Numbered from the stretch's first letter, positions 26,505 to 40,159 are shown. The stretch: DNA of 64,000 nt from Gracilinanus agilis (GCF_016433145.1 NC_058133.1:457899366-457963365), one strand, 5' to 3'. Program-made: numbers and translations. The notes: generated by a model not told the origin, from the letters alone.

Positions 26505-27352
26505 CACCAAAAGTGTAAACATCCCACTTACACTTGAGTTGGGGAGGTCTGTAACCCACAGGTGCAAGAGAGTCGGTGATGAATCAGAATTGACTGCCCC
26601 CTGGACAGTCCTAAGCAAAGCCTTTATTGTGTTTGGTACATGTAAAGTAGAGGAAGGCACTGGAAATGATGCAAAAGAAGCACCTTTAAAAGGTAGTGAC
26701 AACTTCCTCTGAGTCAGTTTCTTGTTAGTTCTTTGGAGTTGGAGTTAGAGACTCTGCTTGCTGGATCTGAGACCTGAAACCTTGGTGAGACTGTTCTTAA
26801 ATCTCTCCTTTTGAACCCTAATTTTCCCCCCTTATCCTTCAGAAAGCAAAGGAAGGAGCTAAACTAGAAGCTACCAAAAACCATGTTTATACTTCATGTA
26901 AAGAGAAATTTCTTAACATTAAAGTGAAATAGGTTACCCCTTTAATGAAGGTCTTTGCTCAAGAGATGATCATTTTTCCAGGTACAAATCAAACTTAATG
27001 ACCACTAAGATTCCTTCTAATTATAAAATTGTAATATTTTTTATATTTCATCCATCTCCCACCTTAGTTAGTTACTCAATGGCTTATCCTGGGCCATTTT
27101 CTCTACATTTCCTTTAGAGATTTCACTAGCGCTAATGACTTAAATTATCTCTAAGTGGCCCTCTTATATGAACCCATTCCAATATCCTCCTAATAGGTCT
27201 TCAAACAAGTCTTCACACTGCTGCCAAAATAAACTCCCTAAAATGTGGACCTACCATGCCCGTCACCTGTTCATGAGCCTTCAGGAACATTCTACCAAGA
27301 TAAAGAAAGAAGTCCTCAATTTGCCATTTAGAGCTGTGCATCATCTAGCTAA

Positions 27353-27541
27353 CAGTTGGCAACCTTTTTGGTTGTGAGAGCCATAAACGCCTGTGGAAGG
27401 AGGAGGATGGAGGCGGAAGGCGCTGGAATATGGGGCGGGGGCTGAAGGGCCCCCTGGGGCACATCCTGGGGCTCTGCCTCGCCTGGCTGGTCGGGAGGTA
27501 GAGCCAGATATGGCTCGAGAGCCATATGTTGCCTACCCCTG
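27353..27541. mobile_element. hAT MITE with GC-rich interior
   Basis: Both ends match the element at 50153-50358 (34/41 and about 31/33 nt); left TIR damaged, TSD degenerate. Confidence 0.75.
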
Positions 27542-28380
27542 AGCTACAGCCTACCTTCCTATTTATTTGGTATATAGCTTGCTTGGTATATAATTGTTTG
27601 CATGTTATCTCCCCCATTTAACTGTGCATTCCTTGAGGACAGGGGTTTTTCTGTGTCCTCAGTACTTTGTACTATGCCTGGTACATAGTAGGTGCCTAAT
27701 AAATACTTATTGATATGTTCTAGCAAAAATGACCTGGTTGACATTACTTGAACTATGTATTCCATCTCCTTCTCACATCTTGCATAGGTTTTCTCTAATC
27801 CTGAAATATACTCCCTATTCACCATTATTTCTCAGATCCTCTAGCCAACCCTCAAGACCTTCCCTTCAGCTAGCACTCTCTCCTTCCTCAGGCTAAGGCC
27901 TCTGTGTCAAGTGATGACAATGTCTGCACTGGGAGTCAAGGTTCTTCAAGACATTCAATAGAAAAGCTGCATCATATGCAAGAGAAATATCCTGAAGATT
28001 CCAAAAAAAGATCTCCAGGAGCTGTGAGTTATGCTTTTGCCACATATTCTCTGGATTCCCAAGGTTCTGGTGGAAGACTATGTCCCAGGCTTTTGAGGAG
28101 GACGTTTGTACAAACTGTTCTTACTATACCACCTTAGTAAGTAACCCTCTCTAAAAGCTAATTAAGAGATTTCCAGGTTAAGATGGCTGCAGAGTAGAAG
28201 CAATGTGCTTAACCTCTCCTAACCCACATACACATGACTCCTCAAAAGGACACAAAAACCAAATCCAGATGAACGACAGGACCCCACAATAGGGTGCAGC
28301 ATTGAAGGTACATGGGATTTGGGCATTTCCATGCTATGAGGGGGTGAAATAGCTCTCACTAAAATGCGAGCTGATCAAAA

Positions 28381-28427
28381 CATGCGCACATGTGCGCGCG
28401 CGCGCACACACACACACACACACATAC
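28381..28427. repeat. Alternating purine-pyrimidine tract (CG)n(CA)n
   Basis: catgcgcacatgtgcgcgcgcgcgcacacacacacacacacacatac, 47 nt of unbroken Y-R alternation. Confidence 0.9.
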
Positions 28428-28770
28428 CCCTACAGTGCCAAAGCCAGCACACAAGAGTTAGAGCAACTCTGGGGCATTCATTAAGTTCTTGGGATCGCCA
28501 GGGCCTGCTCCTGAGAGTAGCAATACTTAAGACCCCAAGAGGCTAAAGAATGCTGACTTTGAACACAGACCTTGAGCACAGACCTTGGGTGGGGACCTAG
28601 TGCAGAGGGGTGCCTGACTGTGGAAGCTGTGCTCTGAGACTCTGAAAGTAGCTTCAGGCAGAGGAACAAGCAAGGGGACCACCAGGAGTCTTGACCCTGA
28701 GAACAGCTAGACTTGAGACTCCAGGAGCCTAAAGAGTGCAGACCGTGGGCACAAGGATAAAGCTGAGAGG

Positions 28771-29736
28771 TGTAGTATACAGAATTGGGGGTTATAGTTT
28801 TTTCTAGCTTTGGCTGAGTTCCAAAAAGCTGTTAGAGGTTTTAGAATCTTGAGGAGAGGCAGTTGACTGGATCTTCTGTGAAGGGAGGAAGTCAATGAGC
28901 GAGCTCTTAGATTATCTAGCTTCAATATTGAAATTTAGCCTAGCATTGATATATTTACTTAAGAAATTATTATTTTAGATAGACCCTTTATATCTTCCTT
29001 TCCTAATACCACCCTGCCTTCCTTCCCTTACCTTAGTGGCTGTGGAGTTTATAAGGAGAGAAATTAGAGAGGAGTTAAATCTGTGAAGAGTTATCTAATT
29101 GACAGCATTATTTATAATTTAATCAAATCATCATTTATTCTCTTTAGATAGCATTTTGTAAAACTGAGTAAGGCAGGTCCTTACTCAGATTCCATCTTTA
29201 CTTCCCTTCCCCCACCTGAGGTTCCTGAAATAACTGATAGGGCTTTCCTTTAACCCACCTTCCTAACAAACATTCTTCAAACAATTAAACCCTTTGTGTT
29301 TCAATAGTTCTATTTAGTGTAATTTGTCTGTTAGTTATCAAGAGGGAAGAAGAGGGAAAGAGACAACATACTCTGGGCTCAGAGGGTAGCTGGGGCATCC
29401 ATCTTGAAGGAAGGTGTTACTTCAAAATAGGTCCCTTCCTGTGAAATTAACTAAAGCCTGTTTGTTAATTTCAGTCTAGTCTATTTCCCTCAGCTTGTGT
29501 TTGAATCTAAGTCCCAGTCTGTAAGCCTGCTGTGTTAGTCTGTTTAGTTTAACTTCTTTCTCCCAAGAAGATCTGTTTCCCTTCTGTGTTATACTCCTGA
29601 CTTCAGTCCTATTATACCCTGAATCTCCTTTAATCCCAGTCTACCTGTAGCCTAATTTATCCATTTACCAAGTCTCCAACATCCTCCTTTCAATTCCCTT
29701 ATCCCAAACACCTTTCCTCAAATTACCCCCATTACA
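28771..29736. mobile_element. Solo LTR (ERV1-type 4-bp TSD)
   Basis: TGTAG...TTACA termini; gagg duplicated at 28767-28770 and 29737-29740; L1 5'UTR resumes on both sides. Confidence 0.8.
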
Positions 29737-30149
29737 GAGGGCAGCACTGTGCTGTGACTCAGGTAAAAACTGCTCCACATCTAGATAGAGAGGTTGCCTG
29801 CCTCAACCAGACTTCTGAGAAAGATAAACAGCATAATAATAATGGCAAGCCATGCCCAAGAACATCCAAAGAGAAAGATCAAGAAGAACGCTTTAACACT
29901 TGATACTTTTTACAGAGAAAAAATCCAGACAATAGAGCAGACAGCAGAGGAGAACAAACAAGAAATCACATCCAAACCTTCCCAAAAAAATGAAAACTGG
30001 TCACAAGCTCTTGAAGAGTTCAAATGTGAGATCAAGAGAAAGATGGGAGAGATTTGGCAATAAAAGTGGGAAATAAAAGCTAATTGAGACCAGCTAAATA
30101 ACTGATATTAACTGATAATCCACATGGGAAGCACAATGGTTGGAATTCA

Positions 30150-30350
30150 TTTTTTATTTTTTTTATTTTTTTTTTAAACCCTTAACTTCTGTGTATTGGC
30201 TCATAGGTGGAAGAGTGGTAAGGGTGGGCAATGGGGGTCAAGTGACTTGCCCAGGGTCACACAGCTGGGAAGTGTCTGAGGCCGGATTTGAACCTAGGAC
30301 CTCCTGTCTCTAGGCCTGACTCTCAATCCACTGAGCTACCCAGCTGCCCC
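30150..30350 (-). mobile_element. Young SINE1_Mdo-like SINE
   Basis: TSD aatggttggaattca / aatgattggaattca; T-rich tail at left. Confidence 0.92.
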
Positions 30351-30479
30351 AATGATTGGAATTCAGGAGATGAATAGCATTATGAAGACTTCCTCAACCC
30401 TTAAGGAATGCCATTATAACTCTTGGGACAAATATAGGCTATGCTCTGGGAGACTGAGACTAAAATGTGTATTACGCTT

Positions 30480-30840
30480 TAAAAAAATAACGGCAAACTG
30501 AAGAGGTCCTATAGGATTGGAAACTGACAAATGTCTCAATTGTCAAAACTAAGGAAGAAAGTAGTGAATAGATCAAACTATAGACCAGCAAGGATGACGG
30601 AGCTCTGTCAAAATTTTAGAATGCATGTAAGTGATGGGACAAGCATTTAGAAAGAAGTCATAATTTCTTAAAGCCAGCATATTTAGAGCCATTTTGGTCA
30701 CACTAAGAATCTCATCTCCTTTTCTGACATGTTATTAGGCTTGGTAAGTCAGAGGATTGCAAGAGATATAGTACATCTAGATTTTAACAGAGCACTTAAC
30801 AAAATTTCTTATGATATCCTAATGGATAAAATGGAGATAA
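30480..30840 (+). mobile_element. CR1/L3 reverse transcriptase fragment
   Basis: DIVHLDFNRALNKISYDILMDKM resembles the CR1 RT consensus DVVYLDFSKAFDKVSH.IL..KL. Confidence 0.75.
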
Positions 30841-31674
30841 TACATTTTCTAATTCATTATCAGCTAATGTCCATGAACAATGAAATAACTGGCAGTTTTA
30901 CCAATGTTAACATTTTTGTGATTTAAGTATTATCAAGGTTACAAAAAGGTAAATAATTAGCCTTGACAAAAAAAATTATAAAAGACAGGTATAGTTTCAA
31001 TAAAAGGCATTCTCAATGGCTTCTAAAATAATAATTGGGGAAAAGAGATCCTTACATTGATATATCTCCCATACTATAATCTCTGCTTCCAGCCTTGCCC
31101 TTTTACCTATCATCCAGGAAAGTACTTTGTGGAGAAAGAGCTGCCACTACCAACAACAACCACCAACCATATGCCACTAATAAGCAGGCATCCCAGAGCC
31201 CCAATAATAGCAGTACTCTTAGACCACTAGCTCTGCTTCAAGCCTAGCTCCCAAAGACATTATCTAGGGAAGCAACCCTTGTGGAAATTCAACCTACTTG
31301 TCCAGAAAAAACAAAGTTCTCATTACCAAGACCCTTACTATTGTCAAATAGTTCAACAACAGAAATGGATATGATCCTAACTAAAAAAAAAGATATATTC
31401 ACGTCTGTTTTTTCATTGAACCCTAAGAACCACTGGGCCTTTCCATATAACTTGGAACTGAAACTTTCTATGAATGTTGTTTCCCCCAGCTCTCTTTGAG
31501 AGCAATTGTCTTCTTTTTGATTTGTATTCCCAGCACTTATGCTAATTCTTAATACATGGCAAAAATTTAATAAAAACTTTTTTATTTATCCTATAATTTA
31601 ACATATACTTTAACATATAAAGAGATAAATTTTATTATTTTAACCTGAACTGTGACAGTTATTCACAAAACTTA

Positions 31675-31911
<237 letters not shown>

Positions 31912-33749
31912 CTAAAGCAGTTTAATAAAAACTATACCTGGTTTAACATTGATTTCTTTTTAAATGTCTATAATGACTAATATTTATAATATCTATAGTA
32001 CCATATTAGTATTTACAACAAAATTTAGACATCAACTCAACAAGCATTTTTTATTAAGCCCTCACTATGAACCAGGCATAGTTCTAAGCATTGGGGACCC
32101 AAAAAAATCAGAGAGTGTGTTCTCTTTATTTTTTTTCCATCAACTATTTCACTTCTGAGCCTTATACTTTCTGCCCTAGATGTTAGATGAGACATATTTT
32201 CGAGACATGGAACCCCTAAACTAGCAGGGTACACATGCAGGTAGCTAATAGAGATACAAAAAAATTCCCACATATCGGTGGTAAGGTTCTTACCATTTCT
32301 GGGTTGGAGGAGGACAATCATTAAGGAAAGTTTCATGCAAGGGGTAGCTTCTGACTTGGATTTTAAAGGATGGGCAGAAATTTATTTAACCAAAAAGCAT
32401 GTATTAAACCCTTACTTTGCACCAGGCCCTGTGCAATAAGCTAGGGATGCAGAAACAAAAAATAAACAATGGCTGCCTTCATAAAGCTTACATTCTGTGG
32501 GTAAAGATGAAGAGGAAGGACATTCTAGAAATAAAGTGGGAGTGAACAAAAACATGGAGGCTGGCAGACAGAAGATATATGTGGGACCAGAAAATTATTC
32601 AATTTGACTAGAAAATTCCTTCTTTTACATTTCCCATTTCCCCTCAAAGTTCAACTCAAATATATCCAAAATACTTGGGATATTATGGTACTACAAATAA
32701 GATAATCAGAAATTAAATCCAGAGTTAGTTTATCATCAAGGGGCTAATTTGCACAATGCACATTTTGATACTGTTTGGTGCCATAAATTTTAAGAGTCTT
32801 GGTTATTAGATCACATATATTGAGTTGTAAGGCACTTGGGAGGTCACCTAGTTAAAGCATCTCATTTTATAGAAGAGAAAACTGAGGCTGAGAGGTTAAC
32901 TGATTTGTCCAAGGCCATAAAGGAAGTGAGTATCTGAGATGAAATTTGAACCCAGGTCCTCTGACTCTTAATCAGTGCTCTTTCTACTGTACCTTCTTTG
33001 CTCACAGAGATAATTCACAAGTAAGGGGAAAAAACAAGATGGACAAACCTCAAAGTGATATAAATGTCTAAAAAGAAAGTTGAGGAAAAAATGATAAAGT
33101 ACATTTTTAAATAAATGTTTAAATATATACATATATGAGTGTGTATATGTGTTATATGTGTATATGTTTCCATGGCTGTGATTACCAATTAGATAAAAGT
33201 AAGAGGCAGACTGATAATAAGCTGAGAAGGCATCCAAAAGAAAGTGGATTTGAAATCTAGAATTACCAGAAAAGATGTGAACAGTGGAGGAAAACAGGTG
33301 GCACTTGGTGAATTACCCCCACAACTTACAGGACAGTTTCAGGACAGAACTAAAGTGAAAGGAGGCTCATGACAAAGCCGAGTGAGCCACATATCAGGAA
33401 TGAGTGGTTCTGTAAGAAGGAGGATGAAGGGGTAAATCAGAGGTTCCTCAAAGCAGAACAATATGTAAAGTAGTTGGAATTTCCTCAAACAAAAATGCCC
33501 TTTGTTTTTATTTTAACAGTTGTTTATATCAAATAATAAAAATATCACCACCTAAATGATTTTTGTGAGTGGAAATGATAAAATAAAGGATTGAACTGGC
33601 AAAAGCCTCGTCAACTTCATATTTATAAGAAGATCTGAAGAAAATTAATTACATTTTGGGGTTTATCTAACACCTCATTTCTGAAAATATAACAAAAACG
33701 TTTAAGTGCTTTAGAGGGCACTTGCATTATTGAAAAAGCAGGTGTCAAA

Positions 33750-34550
33750 GATGGAGCCAAGATGGCAGAGTAGAAGCACAGAAAGCTGGAATTGCTCTGA
33801 GAATCCTTTCCACTCAACCTTAAAATAGTGCCTCAGAATGAATGGAGTGACAGAACCAACAAGGGGATGGAATGAAGCAACTCCTGCAGAAAACAACTTG
33901 AAAGGTCGGCAGAGAAGGTCTATTTCAGTGGAGTGAGAGAGGAGCACTGCTGGCAGTAAAGCTATGCCAAGGAGTTCAAGCTGCCAATCTAACACTCCAG
34001 GTTCTGAACCTGGGCACAAGCCAACTTCAAGACTCCAAGACCCTACCTAAGCCAACAGCCGAGTACCCTACACTTACCCCTTAAAGTTCCAAGCCCTAGG
34101 CACAAGCCTGCAGTGAGGCCCCAAGCCCTAGTATAAGGCAATCCATGGTACCTGACCCATTCAAACCAAAGGGGAGGCCCAGAGCCACTGCCCAAGCCTG
34201 CAGGAAGGCCCCAAGCTCCATTACAGAGTAGTCCATAGTGCACCTGGGCTGGTGAAGCTTAGAGTGAGGCTCCGATTCCCTGCCCAAGTTTGCAGTGAAG
34301 ACCCAAACCCCACCACAACCCCAGCACAATCCACAGTGCACTAGGAAAATGAGCAAATGGCAAAAAAAAAAAAAAAAACCCACCACCACCACACACAGAG
34401 AATATCTAACCATAGAAAATTATTATGGAAACAAGGAAGAATAAGACACAGACTCAGAAGAAGGCAATGAGATCAAAGCAGTCACATGCAAAACTTCAAA
34501 GAAAAATGGAAATTGGTCTCAGGCTCTAGAAGAGCTCAAAAAAGAATTCA
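33750..34550 (+). mobile_element. L1 5'UTR plus ORF1 N-terminus only
   Basis: 'gagccaagatggcagagtagaagc' start (AAGATGGC 33759-33766), GC-rich repeated UTR, ORF1 'atgagcaaatggc...aattggtctcaggctctagaagagctcaaa' (NWSQALEELK). Confidence 0.75.
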
Positions 34551-34890
34551 ATAAACATTTATTAAGTGCATACCATGTGCAGGTATTATACTAAGCACCG
34601 GGACTAAAAAAAGGCAGATGACAGTCTCTCTTTTGATCATCTTCCCTAAGAAACTTATATATTCATACTATATAAATCTATTACCCAATCTAGATCTCAG
34701 TGACTGGTCGGAATATATCTCCACCTCTTGGCTTCTCTGGCTTCCTTCAAGTCCCAGTTAGAATCCCATCCTTTACAAGAAACCTTCCCTAATCTCCTTT
34801 AATTCTAGTACCTCCCCTCCAATTTATCATGCATATAGTTTATTTGTACATAATTTAAATGTTGTTCCCCCATTAAACTGTGAGATCCTT

Positions 34891-34931
34891 GAGAATAGGA
34901 CTTGTCCTTTGAGAATAGGACTTGTCCTTTG
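34891..34931. repeat. Tandem duplication of about 20 bp within an L2 tail
   Basis: ttgagaataggacttgtcct occurs twice in tandem. Confidence 0.8.
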
Positions 34932-35230
34932 CCTTTTTTTCAGCCCCTGGGTGTTACATAGCACCTGGCACACTTAGTAAATGTTTACTGACTGACTTCT
35001 CAACTCTTGCCCTCATACTATGAGACTTCTATATATTATGATGCCCCCTCGAATACGCAACTTCCTAGTTCCTTAATCTATGCAATTCCCCAAACCTACT
35101 TCTCCATTCTACCTTAATTACATCTTCTACCTTACCATTTTCCATAAACTTCAATTTCCCTGTTCACAAACTCTTAACTTCCTTTATCCAGTCATAATCG
35201 TTCATCATTCCATTTTTATTTAGTTTACAT

Positions 35231-35425
35231 AAGTGGTTCCCAAACTTTTTTGGTCTACCGTCCCCTTTTCAGAAAAAAATACTACTTAGAGCCCCCTGGA
35301 AATTATGAAACTATTTATTGAACTCAAAATAGAAAGCAATACAAAAAAAAGTGTGGCCATCACCACCTCACTGGATCGCTGCAGCACCCACCAGGGGGCA
35401 GTGGTGCCCACTTTGCAAATTACTG
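35231..35425. mobile_element. hAT MITE (195 bp) with CTCF-consensus site
   Basis: Perfect 8-bp TSD gtttacat (35223-35230, 35426-35433); ends aagtggttcccaaa / tttgcaaattactg. Confidence 0.85.
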
Positions 35426-36590
35426 GTTTACATGAACCCTAATTCTCTGCTTCCTCCTCAAATTGACTTCTTTTCCCTCTATTCCTTGCTTCTTTCCCAG
35501 GCTCCTGCGCTGGCCAAACTCTCCTTTCACTCCTTAGTGAATCAACTCAATCCTACACTATCTTCTACTCTCCATCTTCTTGTCCCCCAATTTTATCATG
35601 GATCAATGACCCTGACAAACTCCAATACTAGATTACTCCCATCTTGTCTCCTTTGCTATTTAATATAGCTGGAAGAAATTACAAAACTCTGCTGACTGGG
35701 CCCACTACAAACTCATATTATCTAAAGTATCTGGGCCCTAACAGCAGGAATGCAAACATTCTATTTCCTCCTAATAGGTTCTCTGTGCTGCTTTTCATAT
35801 CAATTATTCCAAAAGTTCTAGTCTCTCCTTAAGCATCACACTGTAACTTTTCCTCCCATTTTCTCAGGTAAGGACTTCATCTCACTAGTACACTGAAGGA
35901 GATCATTCACCAAACTTACCTCCTTATCTCATATCAGACACTCTAGTTTAAGATGAAGAAACATTTCTCTTTGCCAAGACAAACTTCTTTAACAAATCTC
36001 TGAGCACTCCAGCAAACAGCCCCTACTATTATTCTCCAACCCCATCTTCAATCTCTCCCATCTACTCACTCCTCCCCTGATGTCTACAAACATTCCCAAG
36101 TCTCCTCCATCCTTCAAATTAAAAAAAAATTTAAGCCCTTGCTTGGCAAACTACCTCCACTAATTATTGTCCTATATCCCCTTATAAGGCTAAACTTATC
36201 CAGAAAGCAAAATACAACTGATGCTTTTGATAAGCCTTTCATCTCACTCTCTTCTAAAGTGCTCTACAATCTGGCTTCTGATCTCTTTACCTGAAACTTA
36301 CCGATTTAACTGAAAGTTACCAATCTCTTAGTTGCCAGATCTAATAGCCAGAGATGTTATATCCCTAACAAAAGCTAAAGGAAGCATTTGCTATGTCTTG
36401 CATAAAGAGCAAAAGGCTTAAAATTAAAGGATAGGGGAAGGAGAATATATATATGGAAAGAGAGAGAATAATATATCCCCATCCAAGTTAGATAAAAGAG
36501 AGAAGCTACAGAGTATAATAGTTGAGGCATCCAAAAATTCAAAGGAAACAAAATCCAAGAAAAGAGAAAATAGTAAAAAAAAGTTTTTTC

Positions 36591-37600
36591 CTATATACAA
36601 ATCCCACAAATTTAGACAACAAACATGAGGTACTAGAGGTCCTAAGGCAAAGGAGCAAATTTGACATCATAACCATCATTGAGATGTGGTGAGATAAAAC
36701 CCATGATTGGGTCATGGATTAGTATATCTCACTCAAAAGGGGAGAAGAGGTTGTGGTAATGTTATTTTGTAAAGAAATGCTCAAATAAGGAAATCCCAAA
36801 AACAGAGAAGAAAGGCAGAACAGTATGTGGGTGAAGGTGTAAAAAAAGTTATGTCACTGAAGTACACTATAGACTACTACACAGGGAAAAAAAGTCAACA
36901 AGCATGAGTGGTTAAGTAACTTGTGCAAGGTTACACACCTAGTAGTGTCTGAGGCAGGTTTTAGACTCAGGTCTTCCTAATTCTTATTCCAACTCTATGC
37001 CCTGTGCCAATGGGCTCTTTGAGAAGTAATCTCCTTCCCATTCATAGAGGCCAGATGATCACTTATTAAATAGATTGTAGTCAGGATCTTTTTTCAGGGT
37101 AAGGGTTGGACTAGATGGTCATAAAAGTCCCTTCCAATTCAAGAATTCTCTTAATATCAACAAAGAATGCAAGTCTCCTTGTTATGCCACATTTCTTTTT
37201 TTTTTTTTAAATCACTAAACAAAATCCTGTGGTTGCTTCTAAGCCGCAGTTCTAATGCTAATAAAAACAACAAAGCAGGGGTTTTTAAAGATATTTTGGG
37301 GAAAAGAGAATCAGAGAGAGAGGAAAATGAGATAGAGAAGACTGAGCAACTTAATTCTTACTTTTTCCTCTGCCAAAAATAAAATGATCTGGGGACAATG
37401 AACAACAATGTGACTAATCAAGGAGTAAAGAGATAATAGGAGTACCTGTCATCAATAAACTCAAGTCACCAGAACTATAGAATAGAATATTACCCTGGAG
37501 TCCTCATAATCAGTAGCTACAATGTAAGTTGCAATTAGTGATCTTTAAAGGGCTACAGAGAATCTGAGAAGTACCTCAGCAAAGGAGGGTTAATGTTACC
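36591..37600 (+). mobile_element. CR1/L3 ORF2 endonuclease and linker fragments (a SINE and MIR intervene)
   Basis: LYTNPTNLDNKHEVLEVL...FDIITIIEMW*DKTHDW resembles CR1 APE 'LYTNARSMGNKQEELE...YDIIGITETWW'. Confidence 0.75.
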
Positions 37601-38131
37601 TTGATTTAAAAAAAAAGATACAACATTGCTAATATGGAAATATTTTGCATGACTGTATATGCATAAACGATATCAAATTGCCTGCCATCTCAGGAAAGGA
37701 GGGAGAAGGAGAGAGGGAGAGAATTTGGAACTCAACATTTTAAAAAATGAATGTTAAAAGTTATTTTTACATGTAATTGGGGGAAAAAATTTTTAAAGGA
37801 AAAAGCAGACCTTCAGAACTTAAGGTCAATAAGTTTGATTTAAATTCTTGTGAACATTTTCCCTAGGAAAAAATTTAACATCTGCATTATAAGCCCTATT
37901 AATTTCAACTAGGTGTAGAATATGAAAGGGTTTTGTTGGGAGTTTTTTTGCCTTTGACCAAACAAAAATTTTCATGTATAAACCATTAAGCATATTTTAC
38001 AGTTAAGAACTCTGATTTTCCACGTGTTAGTCAATAAGTATTTATTAAGCATTTGCTAAACATGTCAGGTATAGTGCTAAGCATTTAGTAAAGTAAAAAT
38101 TAGTTCCTGTCCTCAACAAGAATATACTTTA

Positions 38132-38319
38132 GAGGGCAGCTGGGTAGCTCAGTGGAGTGAGAGTCAGGCCTAGAGACAGGAGGTCCTAGGTTCAAACCTG
38201 GCCTCAGCCACTTCCCAGCTGTGTGACCCTGGGCAAGTCACTTGACCCCCATTGCCCACCCTTACCAATCTTCCACCTATGAGACAATACACCGAAGTAC
38301 AAGGGTTAAAAAAAAAAAA
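38132..38319 (+). mobile_element. Young SINE1_Mdo-like SINE
   Basis: Perfect 14-bp TSD aagaatatacttta (38118-38131, 38320-38333); A-tail. Confidence 0.95.
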
Positions 38320-39059
38320 AAGAATATACTTTAATGGGGAAAACTATTAGTCTCTATTACTGCTCTTTTAAATGTTAACTTCAATGTTACTCTCTCTTCC
38401 AAAGTAAAGTCAGTTGGGGTAAAAGAATTATAAACATAATAAATGCCACCAATAAGAATCTAGGGCATTTCTCCTCCAAGTTGTAATTTACACATCCTTT
38501 GAAAAATGTAAGAAATGAACCAAATGATTTAATTCTCAGAACACTGTAATGTTTTATCAATGCCTTCCTCAATCCCGCTCCTTCCCTAACAGAACTCTCT
38601 TAGAACCATGTAGTACAGTTATGCAAAACCAAATGATGCCCTGATCATCTCTAGTAAGTAGCACATGCCTCATATTCTGCATCTGTAGTCTCTTCCCTCT
38701 CTGTGAGGAGGTATATTTCATCAGACCTCTAGAGTCAAAATTTGTTTTTGCCTTGATCTGGGTTTTGAGGTCTTTTAATGATGTTTTCTTAGACGTGTAG
38801 TCATCGTGTATGTTGTACTCTTGGCTCTGCCACACATGGTATACACTTGCTCTCTGTTAGATGACTCAACTAGTTGGACTCAGATGGATTTAGGTGGTAC
38901 ACCAGTCTCTAGGAGGTCACCATTGCATTTACATAAGTAAAAAATAGGGCTTAGATGTCATTTATGATATGAAATTTTTCCCTTTGTTTCCCACTAATTT
39001 GTTCAGAAAAAAATCCTTTAATTAGTATCACAGAATACCTGTCATATTAATAATACTCA

Positions 39060-39221
<162 letters not shown>

Positions 39222-40159
39222 CTAAAGGTGCTCTGATGCCCATAATCATTAACAGTCAAAGGTCCACCAGGCCTTCAAGTTGAAGGAATTTTTACTCCCA
39301 AAGAACTATTCATACTAAACCTTGTCTGAGAATCAAACTGTAGCCTAAACTACAAAAACTCTAATGGGCAAAATAGGAAAAGTTAATAGAATAGAAACCA
39401 TGCATATTATGCCACAGCACTCCTTGGCCTACAGATGATAACACAGATAATCAGACCCTCCATAGAAATAGACTTTTGAGAGCTGATATTACAATGAACC
39501 TGAAGTTTAAAAGTACAAAAATATCAACAGGCAAAAGCCAATTCCTTTTTGGTGTGGTAGAGGATTATCAAAATCTAAAGGACTAGCAATCACAGGACTT
39601 TACACTTATGAATAGATATCTAATTTCAAAGCTTCTTACCCTCATGAAAATATTCCTAATACTTATATTGGGAAAATAAGGTGCATGTAGGCTATGAACT
39701 GAGATAGTTAAAGAATTAATTAAGGGGCATATCTCAGTTACAGAGTGGCATTTATTAAACTATCTTCTATAGAAATCTATCTGTAAACAGTCTTGAAAAA
39801 ATTTTGATGCCAGCAATATTTTACTCTAAAACACTTAATATGAAATTGTGCATAAAATGACACAATACTGAATAGATTACAACTTAATTGAATTCAATAA
39901 AATGAAGACTATTAAAAATTCAATTTCTTCTGCTTTGCTATGAAAATTACCCAACTCCATTTAATTAAGGGTCTTCTTTCTTCCCACTCCAAGATAAGCA
40001 TTTATAGGTTAAAAGATATTTTAAGCCCCTAACTATATTCAGTGACCAAATTAATTTGTAAAAATGGAACCATTTTTGTGGCCATGAAAAAATATTTAAT
40101 TTTAAAAAGCAGAAACTAAGGTCTCAAACTGTACACTACTGCAAAACTTCTATGGCATT

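Larger units (their letters stand above)
28168..30073 (+). mobile_element. L1 5'UTR plus ORF1 N-terminus, 3'-truncated, with TSD; interrupted by a solo LTR
   Basis: AAGATGGC 28180-28187; ORF1 'MASHAQEHPKRK...NWSQALEEFK'; flanks taaaagctaattaaga (28152-28167) / taaaagctaattgaga (30074-30089). Confidence 0.8.

Noticed and set aside
27908-27995. Possible C/D-box snoRNA (GTGATGA...CTGA)
   Set aside because: No terminal stem and on the strand opposite to the host intron; likely chance.
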